From Kudoa neothunni (lineage: Eukaryota; Animalia; Cnidaria): DNA of 64,000 nt. The notes below the pieces were generated by a model. It made no database searches. It saw only the letters and a program-made list of their open reading frames with translations, and had not been told where the DNA came from. This document shows, in pieces, positions 38,698 through 52,042 of this stretch. The DNA lies in NCBI GenBank assembly GCA_964304625.1, contig OZ199839.1, forward strand, positions 325,970 to 389,969. The letters are read 5' to 3'. The translations under genes were made by a program, and so were the position numbers. The stretch's first letter is position 1. Every line of letters begins with the position of its first letter.

Positions 38698-41600
38698 TTA
38701 TGATTTATCTTGTCTGGCTTTGTTTATAAAATTTCTAAATGATTTTATTCCGAGTTTTTATATTTTTCATGTCGTAAAATTACTCGATATATGTCGAGAA
38801 AAGGGGTGATTTTGAGTTCCTTTTGTGGCCTTGATGGTGTGCAGTCTCCAAAAACATACTTAAACGTTGATTTTTGGTCTCTTCGTACAACTAAATTGTG
38901 ACTTAATCAAACAATCACCATTAAATAAAATTCATTACTTTGGCGCTAAATTCAAAGGGCACAACAGTGTCACCCACAGAATGGATAAACAATATAGGAA
39001 CGTTGGGAGATAGAGAATTTAAGGCGACTGAATTATTGAAATGAGAGTCGATATAACCCTCCCAAATGAAATCCATCAAACTGTTCAACTATTTAAGTTT
39101 TAATTTTTCAATGAATAACTACTATTACCCAATTGCCAACATTTCTACTAATCATAGTTCTAGTGTCGTAAAACGTGGCCTCCAGAATCACCCCAGTAAA
39201 TCGCTTCTCGTGTTCCAATGCTTTAGCTGCTTCTAATGTGGGTCTAGTTTAAGTATATTTGAATTAATTATAATAATCAAATTTTGTTTTTAGACACAAA
39301 TATAATATTATATTATTTGTCATTAGATCATTTTATTTTTAAAATAACAATTGTTTAAATTTAAAGGCAACAACTCTTATTGTTTGAGTAGAACAAAATC
39401 TGACAACGGTTGCATTATATAAATTAACCGCGCCATAACCTCAATTCACAGGCTTGCGTGCGATTTTTGATGATTACAGTGACTTTGTTAGGAATTTTCT
39501 GCAATATGGATAAGGCGTAATTATGGAGTTTGATTTCCCTTTTTTTCTACGCAAAATACATACCGTTGTAAATTTAATAAACTATCATTGTAAACCATAA
39601 CAAATAAATCATGTTGAAAAATTTCTAGTCATATGAATAAAAAATATTAAATACTATAACATTTTATTTATAATTTATTGGTTCGATAAGTTATTTAATT
39701 ATTTTTTTCACATTTTTTAATAAGTAATTTTTACTTATTTGTGTCGAAATGAGCATGTATAGAGGCCTTTGTAGATTTAGCATACAAATTTTAATATTGA
39801 AAAATTTTTCTTATTTCTATAAGCAAAATAAAATTTGTGGAATTTTTGAATTATTTTTCGACCTCACTCATTTAGTCTTTATTCCCTGTAGGAATGTAGA
39901 TAAATCAATTATCAATTGTTTCGAATAAAAATTATTGCAGTACATGAATATCTTTTGAACTAGAAAACAAATAAATTCAGTTAAACTTGTGCAATGACGG
40001 GAGATAGATATTTTATCAACATATACGCTCATTAGAAAACTTCAACTGTTTGTAACTAAAATTAATTCTTATAGAGGTAATTTTATTGAATTTAAGGTCA
40101 ACACGAAATATTTTACTAGTTAAGATTGCAATTTCTCCTTAGATGAACGATGATACATAGAGATGTTACTCGAATCCTCAATGCGACCCATTTTTACAAC
40201 ATAAGTGGATTTTAAGCATAAATTTATCAGATTTTGCTGACTCGCTGAGCAATATTGTATCATGTTAAAAATTTTATATTTTTGTAATTCTAAAATTAAT
40301 CAAAAACTAAAATAATTTACTATAAACATCTTTAATTCTGAAAATATTAATAAGAATAAAGATGGGAACAAACAAAATTTAAATCTATTAAATACCCGCC
40401 TCCCAAAGAATGCCCATAAAGGAAGATATCGACATCTTTGGGGAAATCCCGTTTCACATATTCAAAAACTGACAATGTATCTTCAACCATCCCTAAAAAT
40501 GAAACAATTATTAAAATTATCCACAACTAATAAATAAGATTAAAATTGGAGTTTCATAAAAAAACTTCCAGAAAAATGAAATAATTATTAAAATTATCCA
40601 CAACTAATAAATAAGATTAAAATTGGAGTTTCATAAAAAAACTTCCAGAAAAATGAAATAATTATTAAAATTATCCACAACTAATAAATAAGATTAAAAT
40701 TGGAGTTTCATAAAAAAACTTCCAGAAAAATGAAACAATTATTAAAATTATTCACAACTAATAAATAAGATTAAAATTGGAGTTTCATAAAAAAACTTCC
40801 AGAAAAATGAAATAATTATTAAAATTATCCACAACTAATAAATAAGATTAAAATTGGAGTTTCATAAAAAAACTTCCAGAAAAATGTTTTAAAGGAATTT
40901 AAAAAATATTTGTTGAGAAATTAACACATTTGATAATAGAATCTATTTCGGATAAACTTCGGAATTTATTCTTAATCCGATTAGAAATTTTATTCAATCA
41001 GTTTTATAATGAGCAACAAAATCCAATAATATTTTTTCGTTGTTGTTTATAAAAAAGTGACATTTATAAACAAATGAAAAAATTAGATTATCATTAATTT
41101 GAAGAAAAATATTAGATCAATTTATAGAATTAATTAAAAAATAATAATAATAAATATGTTGTTTCGTAACTTATAGTAAACATGATTAAGAATAATCGAG
41201 AAAAAACCAATTTATCACGCAAACATTCCACCAATAACGAACTCAAAAGTTATATTAACATATAATAAAATTTCTAGATATTGGAATCGCTAGAATTTTT
41301 ACAAGAAAAGGCCTATCTTAAAAATATGTATACATAATTTTAAAATAATGATAAGAAACTATTATTTTTCATATTACATATAAGCCAATCAAATCAGAAT
41401 AGTTAGGTTTAGATTTTATTTTTAGAACAAAAACAAATATCCCAAAACATTAATGAAAATAAGATTCAGTTATTTTCATTCCCTACTCTATAACTTCTTA
41501 GAACTTTATTCGAACGCTCATTTTATTAACAAAATTATAAGTTATAAATAAATCCCATTTCCTATTAAATTGTCGAACCTTCTTTTATTACACAAAGTGT

Positions 41601-42788
41601 TAAAAACACTTTAATTGTATTCAAAATAGGATAAATGACATTAAATTTCATCTCATAAATTAAAACTTAATAAAGCTTAAATCAGAAAATTGACGAAAAA
41701 ATCTTTTAACGTAATATATTTGAAAAAGGGTACTTAAATATAAGACAATATTTCAACTACACTCGAGCGCATGCGTGATTTATAATTTTTGATCCAAAGC
41801 TTTTAAATTCGCATTTTTCGTCTTAAGGCTACCTGGAAATAAACCTTAATCATTCCCTACATTAATCCTTAAGTAACATTAAAAAATTCAATAAATTTTT
41901 TTATCAATTATCAATAATTACACTTATATTCAATTGAATTATATCAACAAATAATATTTCTTTATGTAACTATGAAATTAAAATAAGTTGGCATATTTAT
42001 CGTTTAAAAAATAATACTATCGGTGGTTTGTGGGTTCTTTATTGAATAAAATTGATTATTTGAATTTTATCACGGAAAATAATTAAAATTTCAAAATTTT
42101 CTTAGATTTAAAATAAAAAGCAAAAAACTTATTCTTTCCTAAATTTTAACACATAAATTTTGATTGTGTACTTAAAACTATAAAACTTTGTTTATACAGA
42201 TTAATGTGGTAGCCAATTTAAAATCGAATTATGGAATCATTTTTTTCCACACAGATTAATAACTCCGATTCAATAAAAATTACCAAGGACCGATGGTTCC
42301 CCGTTACTATCCCCAAAGCCGCGATAATCAAATGTTATCACCGAATATCCGGCATTTATTAGATCCTTCAAATTAAACTTAAACATACAATAAAACCAAA
42401 TATAGTTACATTGTAGAATTGGATACGATGTTCCGCCCCTCTTGTTCTTGTGGCACCGTGACAGTAGATAATAAGCACCTGTGAGTTATTAACACCTTTC
42501 TTCGATAAGTACCATCCATTGATTTCTTCACATTCTTGTTTGATAGTCAAGTATCGAACACAGCAAAGGCTGTCTAATTGATTTAAATATTGATTTGGAT
42601 TTTCCCAGGATGATCCCGGAGGGAATAATTCTAGTGGTCAATTACACGCAAATTAAAAAAGACAAATCACTCCTGTGGCAAAAATATAAATGTTTCATCA
42701 GCCCACCATTCTTCGAATAACAATACAACATCCAACCGAAAAAAGTGGCAAGAATAATAATCAACGCAATAGCCATGTTAATAACCAT
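38698..42788 (-). CDS. ABHD12: ABHD12-like alpha/beta hydrolase with N-terminal TM; start exon uncertain
   Basis: Spliced motifs IIYCHG..RGAEHR, TFDYRGFGDS, GHSLGG (nucleophile Ser), GVILEATF, IHSVGDTVVPF (Asp) and QGHK (His). Stop TAA at 38698-38700. Confidence 0.85.
40495..40886. repeat. 77-bp minisatellite, 5 near-identical copies, inside an ABHD12 intron
   Basis: The unit AAAAATGAAA(C/T)AATTATT...AAACTTCCAG starts at 40495, 40572, 40649, 40726 and 40803, with a partial copy at 40880. Confidence 0.95.
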
Positions 42789-44939
42789 CTAAATTCTAAA
42801 GGTGAAAACAGAAGCACGGTGCTAAAATTGGAGTGCTTAGTTACCGTCGAAATCCGTTTTTACCAACTAATTGACTTTATGCTTTTTATGCAACAACGAC
42901 CCTAGTATACCACTTTGATCGAATGTTATCTGTTTTTGATAGCGCCTAATCCTATTACCATAATATTTGATAGCATTTTCAAACTATAAATACAGATAGG
43001 TTACTCTAATCTTAATTTAAGGTGCTCCATAGGAAATAACTGATTATTTGTAACTGTGTGTGGAGAAAAATAATAACGAATAATTATTTGTGGATTTTAG
43101 AACAATTGTTTGATCTATTTTTATGTCGTCTTTAAATTAAATACACACGAATTGTCGAGTCCGTTTAAACAGTACAACGTTCCCCTAAATGACACACATA
43201 CGTGTGTATTCGTCTTTTACGATTAAAAAAACTTTTTTTTAATTTCTCGTAGTTATTTACTAATCTGGGTTGTATTTGAACATTCTCAATCTTAACTACT
43301 ATGTCGGCATGCCAACAACCAGTAAATCACTCCTAACTCTTGAGCTTACTGTTTTCGGTCGTGAGAATAATCATTCCCTCCATAATCTATGACAGTTTAT
43401 TATCATAGTCGCTCACCTTCAAATGTCATTATAATCTACTTAGATATGACCATATTGGTATTAAAATTTTAATTAAACTGGTTAAAAGCTGTAAATGTCG
43501 TAGTATTTAAGCGAAAGGTGATCCCCCATTACACTAATATCGAGGTGGTATTATTTTGTACCAGAGTTGGTCAATTATATGACATAGAGATTTTAGTGTA
43601 GTTTGAATAATAAAAATATTTTTAAATTAGTGTTAATGTCTATGTTAGGTTTGAAATAAGACCTCATATTTTAAAATCTCTTTACATGACTGCGTGCGCA
43701 ATTGAACATTAAAACTCCCTATGGGAGGGAAATGTGTGGAATATTTTTAATTAATCTTAAATATAAAATTTTATGGGATAATTTTCAACAAAACAATTAC
43801 ACCTATCGACACAAAGAATTCAGTGTCTCATACCAGTTTAATCCTCCTGTGGCGTGATAACCATATTCCATTATTCCTGGCACATAAACGAGTATTAGAT
43901 ATTGTTCATAAACTACTAGCTATATTGTACTTAATTTTAATGATACCAAAAACTCTCGATGTACAACATAAACTTGGAAGTTTATTAAGATTAAACATGG
44001 AGATTATGCAAATGCAAATAATATTGATAATTAAACATGTAGATGTAATAGATACTGTCTGATGAATAATATATTCGGTTAATGCAATGAATGGCCGCAG
44101 GCGGGGCTCGAACCATAGCATAAAAGGCAGTGGCGCCGTACGTTAGACTTGGTCACATCCCCTATATAACCAACCAATACAGGTAGATTTTTAAATTTTG
44201 AAGTATTTTTTTGGCTGAAGTTGTAGTTCTTTGAAATTAACAAAATACGACGCTTGCTTAGTACTGTGTCACTTTGATATTTATTTAATTTAAGCCCCAG
44301 AAAATGATAGATTAACTAGTTTTAGAAAAGCTTATTATCTAAATTATTTAATCGGATGGTTTTAAAATGAATTTTTTAATTTTTTAATGTCATTTTAATT
44401 CGAGTAAGGACACAAAGTACAACCTTTTGATATAATAATGAATAAGTAGTTTTTTTGATTGAAAATAATCTAAACTATGTTTTTAATTTACCGACAATGG
44501 ATTTTTAGTTGTTAATGGCAGGGATAGAAAATTCATGAGTTTTGTTCGTGTTCGTCCACACGAACAAAAACTGTTACATGTAAAAACAAACGAACGAACG
44601 AAATCACAATTTTAAATCTTTTTGGACAAACGGGTCTTTGCGCTGAGGGAAACTAAATATATCGGTCGTTGAAGAACATGTTGGTTTTTAGAGACAATTA
44701 ATTTAATATTAACGAACAATATATGTATTTAATTTCTAAAATAAATTTTATTTAAGTTAAATCTTATATTTATTGGCTGAATAACGATTTAAATTCCATT
44801 ATGAAGTAGCTGAACAGGCGCGTTCTTCTGTTTGTCGACAACGCAACAAGTCATAAATATCCTGACCTTTCTAATTTAAAAATTGTGATGTTACCTCCAA
44901 ACTTAACATCTCATTTGCAATCTTTTGATACTGGAATAC

Positions 44940-45804
44940 TCAAATCATTCCAATAAAAATAGAGAACGTTGGTTATCGAAAATTTTATTGAACAAATGGA
45001 AAGCGATGATAAACTCAGTATAAATTTACAAGATGCAATAAGGTTTACTCACGAATAATGGGATTCTGTTTCTCAGAGTACCATTCAAAACTGTTGGATT
45101 CATACTGGCATAGTTTCAGGTAAAGAAGCCATCCCTCCTAATCATTCTACTAATGATGAGTTACTAAATGATCTATTGAAAGTTATATCCCTACATGCCA
45201 TTACTAAGATGCTAGAGAATATGTAGATTGCGACAAGGAATTAACAACGGGTGAAATTATAGAAATAATAAAAAATGATTATAATAACTCTACATCATCT
45301 GAAGATTCTGAAGTAGAAACTCCAGTTATAAGCGGTCGAGAAGTCATTACAGCTATTTCCACTAGCATAAACACATTGAACAATCCAGAGTTCATGACTT
45401 AGAAAATGAAAGAAAACTAAAAGATGAATTAGTAACACTACTGACTCAACTTAAACGAAATGTAGAAATGGCTAATTTCATAAAAATGAAACAAACACTT
45501 ATAACTGATTATCTAAACAAATAAATAAATAATAAATTTTCATGTACAATCATATAAATTAATCTGTCCTAATTTTCGACATTTTATAATTTGGGAATTA
45601 TTTCTTGTGTAATTTTTTTAATTTGATTTAAAATATTTAATTATTATCAATGAAGAAAAGGCCGCAGCATTGATTAATGTATTTTTACAAACAAAATAAT
45701 ATCCAAGTTATGTGCGTGCTCACGGAACCCCGTATAACCGAAAGTTCAATATCCGGAAGGAAAATGCCAGACCCCAACATTTTCAAAGAAACAGGATTCT
45801 ACTG
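44940..45804 (+). mobile_element. 5'-truncated pogo/Tigger remnant
   Basis: Transposase C-terminal remnants INLQDAI..WDSVSQSTIQNCWIHTGI and KQTLITDYL. Right end GGATTCTACTG|TA. Confidence 0.7.
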
Positions 45805-46718
45805 TATATATTATTGTCCGCGTATTTAAACACTGTGAACAATTTTTTAACTTGGTTTAAAGTATTCATTTATTTATTTAATCATTATAAAATTAGTTGT
45901 TTTAATTTTTGCATTAGAATGTTTTTTATGCGAATTTACACACATATTGATACATGGTTTTACCTCGAAGGTGACTTCGTAATACACGTGGGATTAGTGC
46001 ACCTAAAATGTTCTAAATTTCTATATTATTTTTATAACTGAAAGCGTTCTTTTCGTATATATTACTGATTTAGAGAAGCATAAAATTGAATAGAAAATTT
46101 TGCGGTATTGAGAATCAAAGACTTTGAGCGCAAAAATTTTGCGATACATGGTTTGTGAAATAATATAAATATTATTAATATAACCTTAAACTGCGTAAAA
46201 AATATATTTCTTCAATAATTAATTATACATATAAAAATATCACGAAATCTTTGGTGTACCGAAAATAATATGGAAAACCCCAATGAGTTACGTACTCTTC
46301 AACTTTCTTTAGAAGTTGCCAGTATATTTTTCTTATAATATTAGAATACACCGTATATCTCGACAATATATTCTTTGAGATTTTTTTGATTTTTTTTTGA
46401 AAGATTATGTGAAACTTTATAAAAAACACCTTGAGGCCGTTATATATTTCTAGTGGCGAAAACTTTAAACATTTGCCATCTCATCTCCAAAAATATACAA
46501 ATGTAGCTCTCGATTTTAATAACTTGGATGATTTTAACTGTAAATAAGCAGAAAATATTAAAAATAATATAATAATTACTTATTATGATTTATGATTTAT
46601 GATTGATTTATTGTGTCGTTTTTGATAGGATAGAAATTGTTTTATATGTTTTTATTCAAAATAAATTTTTAAACAACGATAATTTTTAAATATACAGTCT
46701 AAATCTATACTTTCAACT

Positions 46719-47804
46719 TCTACTATATATAAAGTTAGGTTGTCCGTATGTGTGTGTGTGTGTATGTCACCAAGTACGTGTGTGCGTCCAAATTTTTTCT
46801 TTATACAGAGACATTTATGAAATTTTTACATCTTCAAGTGTCCTCCAAAGTGTTTAGAAAATAGTGATTTTGTCGATTCAACGTTTGTTTATCGGATTAC
46901 TTGAGTTCAACAATTGAATTAACATTGGCTTATGCCATGGTGAAGGTCGGTTGAACTTAACATTCTCCCTTATATGCTCTATTAAATGTCAATTAAGCGA
47001 TGCCATCTATCTTTATGTATAAGGTTGGTGTTTGTTCAAATACTCTCCTTATTTGTGGTGTTTTAATGTAATTGACTTGATAAATACATTTTGAAGGTTC
47101 TATTAATGGTTTTAGATATATTAAAAAATCTATATATGTTTCATGAATAACAAATTGGTGGATAACGTTAACATCATATTGATTGAAGCATTATAATAGA
47201 AATACTGCGTACGTAGATTACATTGAAATCGTCCGCTAAGTTTAACTTTCCGTGATTAAATTCAGTGTGTGCGGTGTATTTTTATTCTATCTTATTATTT
47301 AAAATAGTTGGGTTGATATTGACACGATTTGTACGCGTTTTTGAGAAAGAGTGCACTAAAGTTTATGCGGGCCGAGATGATAATTTGAGTAAGAAAAATC
47401 ATTTTTCGTAATTTTTCTTCTATCTCTGTATCTTTTTCCATTCATTTGTCTCCCGTAACACAGTGATGTACAAACATTCTAAGCCTTGTCAAAATTAACG
47501 TTTAGAGTAACATTTTAAGGGGACTTAAACAATTCGAGAATGTAGAACAGAATGACGCGAACTTTAAATTATTTAGCGTTAGTACCGGGGCACGAAATTT
47601 TTAAAACCGGGATTGATACTTTATTTCACAAAAATAATCATAATTTAAACTCCGCTAATCCAAATCGTTAAAAATATGTCACAACAATTTTTAGTTATTG
47701 TTTATCTATGGGTTAATTTTAAACTTCAATGTATTTTTTTAACATTATTAAGAAACGTACCTATTCGAAATCTTCCCCAAGCAAATCTGAGTAGTTCCCG
47801 CTAG
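46719..47804 (+). mobile_element. Non-autonomous Helitron-like element (different family)
   Basis: 5' TCTACTATATATAAAG followed by a (GT)n tract. 3' degenerate hairpin CCCAAGCAAATCTGAG followed by GCTAG. Confidence 0.5.
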
Positions 47805-48593
47805 CTAATCAAAAATTACTTTATTTGATTAATTTTAAACAAGTATTAAAACTTTTAATATTCTGAGAAAATTTCAAAAGTAATCCAAAGGGAACTTTTT
47901 CATATTTCAATACATATATAAACAAAAATTTTTGATATGACTTGACGTTATTCCAACATTACAAATTATTCTTTAGCAATTTTTAAATTTTCACAATTAC
48001 TCAGATATACTCAATTTAATTAATTTTGCATTATCTCCTATATTATCTGCTAAAATAATTTCTGATACCTTTCAAAATATATTGAAGCTTGTATTATTTA
48101 AAAATAATGAATATTTTATAAATAATCATAAAATTATGTTTACCATATATTGTGAATTCGAATTAAAAATATATAAAAATCAAATATAAAAAATTAGAGG
48201 TTTCAATACCAAATTTATGATAACTTACTTAATTTTTATCCACTTTAATATTGTTTAACAAATAAATTTAATTCCAATTGTTTAATAATTATCACAAGAA
48301 GTTTTGAATAATTGATATTAAAAAATTAGTGATGTGAGCATATTCGAAATAAACCTGAGGATTTTAAGCTACTAAAGATATTTTATTTATATACATAATG
48401 AAACTCTTATTATCCAGAAATCTTGAGAGGAGCGATTTGATTTCACAATGATCATGAGTTAACTGTATATAATTTAGGAGGATTGATCTCAAAAGTAACA
48501 ATTTCAAGTTTCCTAATAGAAAAGATTTAAATAGCAGACGCGTTTAATATGAATAAAATCCACGCTAAAAGAAAAAATGCTTACATAATCAAT

Positions 48594-50026
48594 TTAGTTA
48601 AACCATTCATAGTTGGGTTTTATCGAAGACAATACATTATACTCATGGCGATGTTTTATATGGGATCTTCTTCTAGTGGTGGGAGTAGTTGAATTTTTAG
48701 CTGCAAGAATGTTGGCTATTTTTGATGGCATATCTTCAACCGCAAGTCTCGCTTGTGTAAGACTGCTAACAACATTTAACGTTATTGAGGCAAGGAGACT
48801 TGCATTCTAAAAGATATAAAATAGGCTGAAACCAATATGAACAAATAGAAAATACTTTGGCACATTCGCGTTCGATTCTATCTAATCTAGCTTTGATTTT
48901 ATCAATTTTATCCGAATTACAATGATTCTATTTATCAGTTAATTTGAGATGGATGAAATATCTATGTGACGATTACTTGTTTGATGAGTGTTTCGGCAAT
49001 GCAATTATCCCCTTTATCTCCTCTTTCCCCCTTTAATATTATTAAAAATAGATTTGACATCAGCAGATGAATAGATTCTACTTACAGACTGACCCATAGG
49101 ACCTCGTGGACCTTGATCGCCGGGTTTTCCCTACTCAAACCAAATTAATTTCCCCCAAATCAAACGTGATCAATCGACTAGTCTCCTACCTTGGGGCCAT
49201 CCTTTCCAGGTTTACCGTCTTTCCCTTTGAGATTGAGTGTTAGTACATCCTAAAATATATACAAATATATTATTATGTTTAAAAAAATAGTTAATAAATT
49301 CAACTTGTGTGTTGTTGGATTGGGGATTAGCCGGATTTCCTTGTTGACCAACACTAAATACTGGCATGCCTGGTAGTTGTGGGTTCATATCTGAGTTGAC
49401 ATCCACTTTCGAATCCACCTTTCCACACAAATTTTTAATAAGAATAGGATCTTATCAAAAAGTAATCAACAAAAATAATATCAATCAACAAATTTTTACC
49501 GGCAACACTTGTGGGGTTTTTACAAATCCCATTAGCTAGATTTTTCAACAGTCCCATTTCTTTTGCCAACTCCAGCGGAATTTGAATATTCGCATTACTG
49601 TTTATGTTCTAAAGTTTTCCACCAATAAAATCTAATTCAATTTAGATTTTATACCATTCTTTTAGTGAGAGTTTTATGTTTGACGGGAGAATTCTCATCA
49701 TATGTAGTGTCACCACTAACAACGTAAGCACTCGATAGATAACCTTTGCTAATCAAATCTCTGTATGGTAACACAAGATACATATCGTAGTCGTATATAT
49801 TAACGCTATCATTGTCCTAACCGAATGAAATATAAAAATATTGATGGATTCCTATTTAGATAAAAATAAATATACAGCCAGTATTAAACTTGCAACCCAT
49901 AACCAAAAATAACAATTTAAACACATCAGTCCACTGTGTTTTGTTTAAACCAGCGATCAATCGTTTGATACAATCCGATGCAACCAAATCAATAAATCCA
50001 TATTGAATCGATATTTTAAACCAAAG
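48594..50026 (-). CDS. Short-collagen protein: globular N-terminal region, 12 Gly-X-Y triplets, Cys-containing coiled-coil-like neck; 5' exons unresolved (possibly to about 50284)
   Basis: Phase-0 exons 49249-49190, 49130-49086 (45 nt) and 49030-48977 (54 nt) encode GKDGKPGKDGPK-GKPGDQGPRGPMGQS-GERGDKGDNC. Then NHCNSDKIDKIKARLDRIERECAK and a last exon ending EWFN* at 48594. Confidence 0.75.
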
Positions 50027-50349
50027 CTGTTGAAGTAACACTTTTTCTGTATTGAGCCATAACAATAATATTTACGGTGGTGTTGCTCAAATTTGCTTGG
50101 AACAATTGTGGAATATTGGACTTAGTATATTTAATGAAAAAATAAGAATTAGTCAGATTAATTGATAATATTGGGCACTGATGTTGTATTAAAAGAGGAC
50201 TATGATTAACTTTTCCATAATAAATTTCTGTAACGCAAACTTAAACTATAAGAAGATTAAAAAATTGCAATTTTCTTCCTTTCATAAATTTTGAATTAGT
50301 GCAATGTTTTGGTTGGTATTACCAATGACGCATCATTTTTGCTTATGTC

Positions 50350-50361
50350 TACGCATGCGTA
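50350..50361. promoter_or_regulatory. Palindromic NRF1-like element TACGCATGCGTA in a putative bidirectional promoter
   Basis: Perfect 12-bp palindrome between two divergent genes. Related GCGCATGC-type motifs lie just upstream of OS9, SLC35B1, SOD2 and CCNK. Confidence 0.45.
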
Positions 50362-50365
50362 TAAA

Positions 50366-50577
50366 ATGGTAATATGGTTTGGGGTTGTACCAGCACTCTT
50401 AATTAATTGATTTAGGATTTAGTTGTCGATATTCTCGTGGCGGGTGTCAACCTGATGGGAGGAATTGCTTTTGCGTTGTGCGTCTATTATCATTACCTGT
50501 GTTCGGAAAGTTCAAGAAAAATTGCCACTCCACAGTCTTCAAGTTTAAACGATACGACTGAGAAAAAATCTAACTGA
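50366..50577 (+). CDS. 54-aa single-TM microprotein (ATG-only exon 1, 47-nt intron, exon 2 at 50416-50577)
   Basis: ATG|GTAATA...TTTAG|GAT gives MDLVVDILVAGVNLMGGIAFALCVYYHYLCSESSRKIATPQSSSLNDTTEKKSN*. The exon is more GC-rich than its flanks and the intron length is typical for this window. Confidence 0.55.
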
Positions 50578-52042
50578 AAATATTTTTTACATTGATATTT
50601 TTGTGTTTCGAATAAATGAATTATATAAATTGTTTTTTTACGGAATAAAGTGAATATTTTAATCTAACTGTAGGCGCGTATCCTTCACTATAATTTGCCT
50701 GAAAGCCAATGATTTTTGTTCAAAATTACCATTTCCTTGTTGGATGATTTATTTAATAAGTGTCAGTTTACGATTATGTTTTATTTGGATTTAATTTAAT
50801 TACACCAATTTAAATATTGAAGTATTTTAATCGTCTTCATCATTGAAATTATACTTAAAAAGAAAAATATTAGCATGCATTTCAAGGATTACTATTTAGA
50901 GCTAGGGATTGATTAATGATGTTCTGAACTATAAGGAGTTCTAAATATCCAATAATTCGATGTTCTATGAAGTAATTGTAAGAATAAGAGTGTATCGTTG
51001 ACAGAATGTCCTTGCTAAACTAATAATAAGAAATTTTGTCATTCTCATTAATGCTTTTTTAAGAGAACAGGCATATACTTATTTAATTTAGATAATTATT
51101 ATTTGATGAAAATTTTTTCAGTCTATTGCAACTTTATTACAACGAAGAACTGTAATACAAATATAACTCTTTCATTTAATTTGTTTGAGGAGCATTTCAG
51201 TTTCCCACCTAATTTATAATTCTATTTTCTCTACGAGTAATATATTTTCCCAAATACTTCATTTGACTATATTTTTCTTAAATTTGACTAAATTATGTAC
51301 ACCTAAACTAATTTATTTCTAAATCCTAATTAATGCTATTAATGCTATTAATAATTAATTGAACAATCAGAGTAATAAATGTATAAGGAAGTAATACATA
51401 AATAAATTATTATAAAATTATGTATGAATAATTAATATGCTGCTTCCTTTTGGCTGATCTTCGCATATATTGGAACACAAATAATTTGGTATAATCGTTT
51501 CTCAAATCATAATATAACATTATATACAGGGGTTAGCAATAACAAAGTTCAGAAAATTTGGTTAAAACGTAAAATAATTGTCGTAATACAAATCAGTGAC
51601 TACGATAAAAATCGAACCTGTTAATTATTTTAATTTTTGTATTTATCATTGTTTCATCACCAGTAGGTTACTTTCGGCATTGTATTGATTATTAATAATA
51701 GTAGCTGTAGTCTATCATATATTTAACTCCTCGCAGTTATTTCAACACACCACATAATTTAATCGATCGATCGAGTAAGGCAAATCATACTTAATTTATC
51801 GTTAAATTTGAATGTGATAACTATGATGTATTATCGATTAACATTTTTCATCCTTAACAATTGCCTATTTTTAATTCTATGTCTGTTAGAATAGGTTTCC
51901 ATATTTTATAACGGCATTAGTTGATTGTAGTAATTTTATAAATTTAATTTAAAAAATAATTTGTTCGATGAAATCCACTCATTCCTATTATTAAATTTTC
52001 AACAAATATCACACTAATTTAATTTTAAAAATGTAGGTTTAA

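Noticed and set aside
38840-38880. Suspected frameshift in an ABHD12 3' exon
   Set aside because: Recounting the homopolymers shows the frame is intact (LYEETKNQRLSMFLETAHHQGHK).
40495-40886. CRISPR-like regular array
   Set aside because: The units are contiguous and near-identical with no unique spacers, there are no cas genes, and the context is a eukaryotic intron.
43290-44060. Hydrophobic exon-like minus-strand segments upstream of ABHD12
   Set aside because: No consistent spliced frame or start codon could be built by eye.
44093-44158. tRNA-like segment on the minus strand (GGTTCGAGCCCCGCCTGCGGCCA)
   Set aside because: Only a T-arm-like 3' half is present; no convincing D arm, anticodon arm or acceptor pairing. 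At most a decayed tRNA or SINE head.
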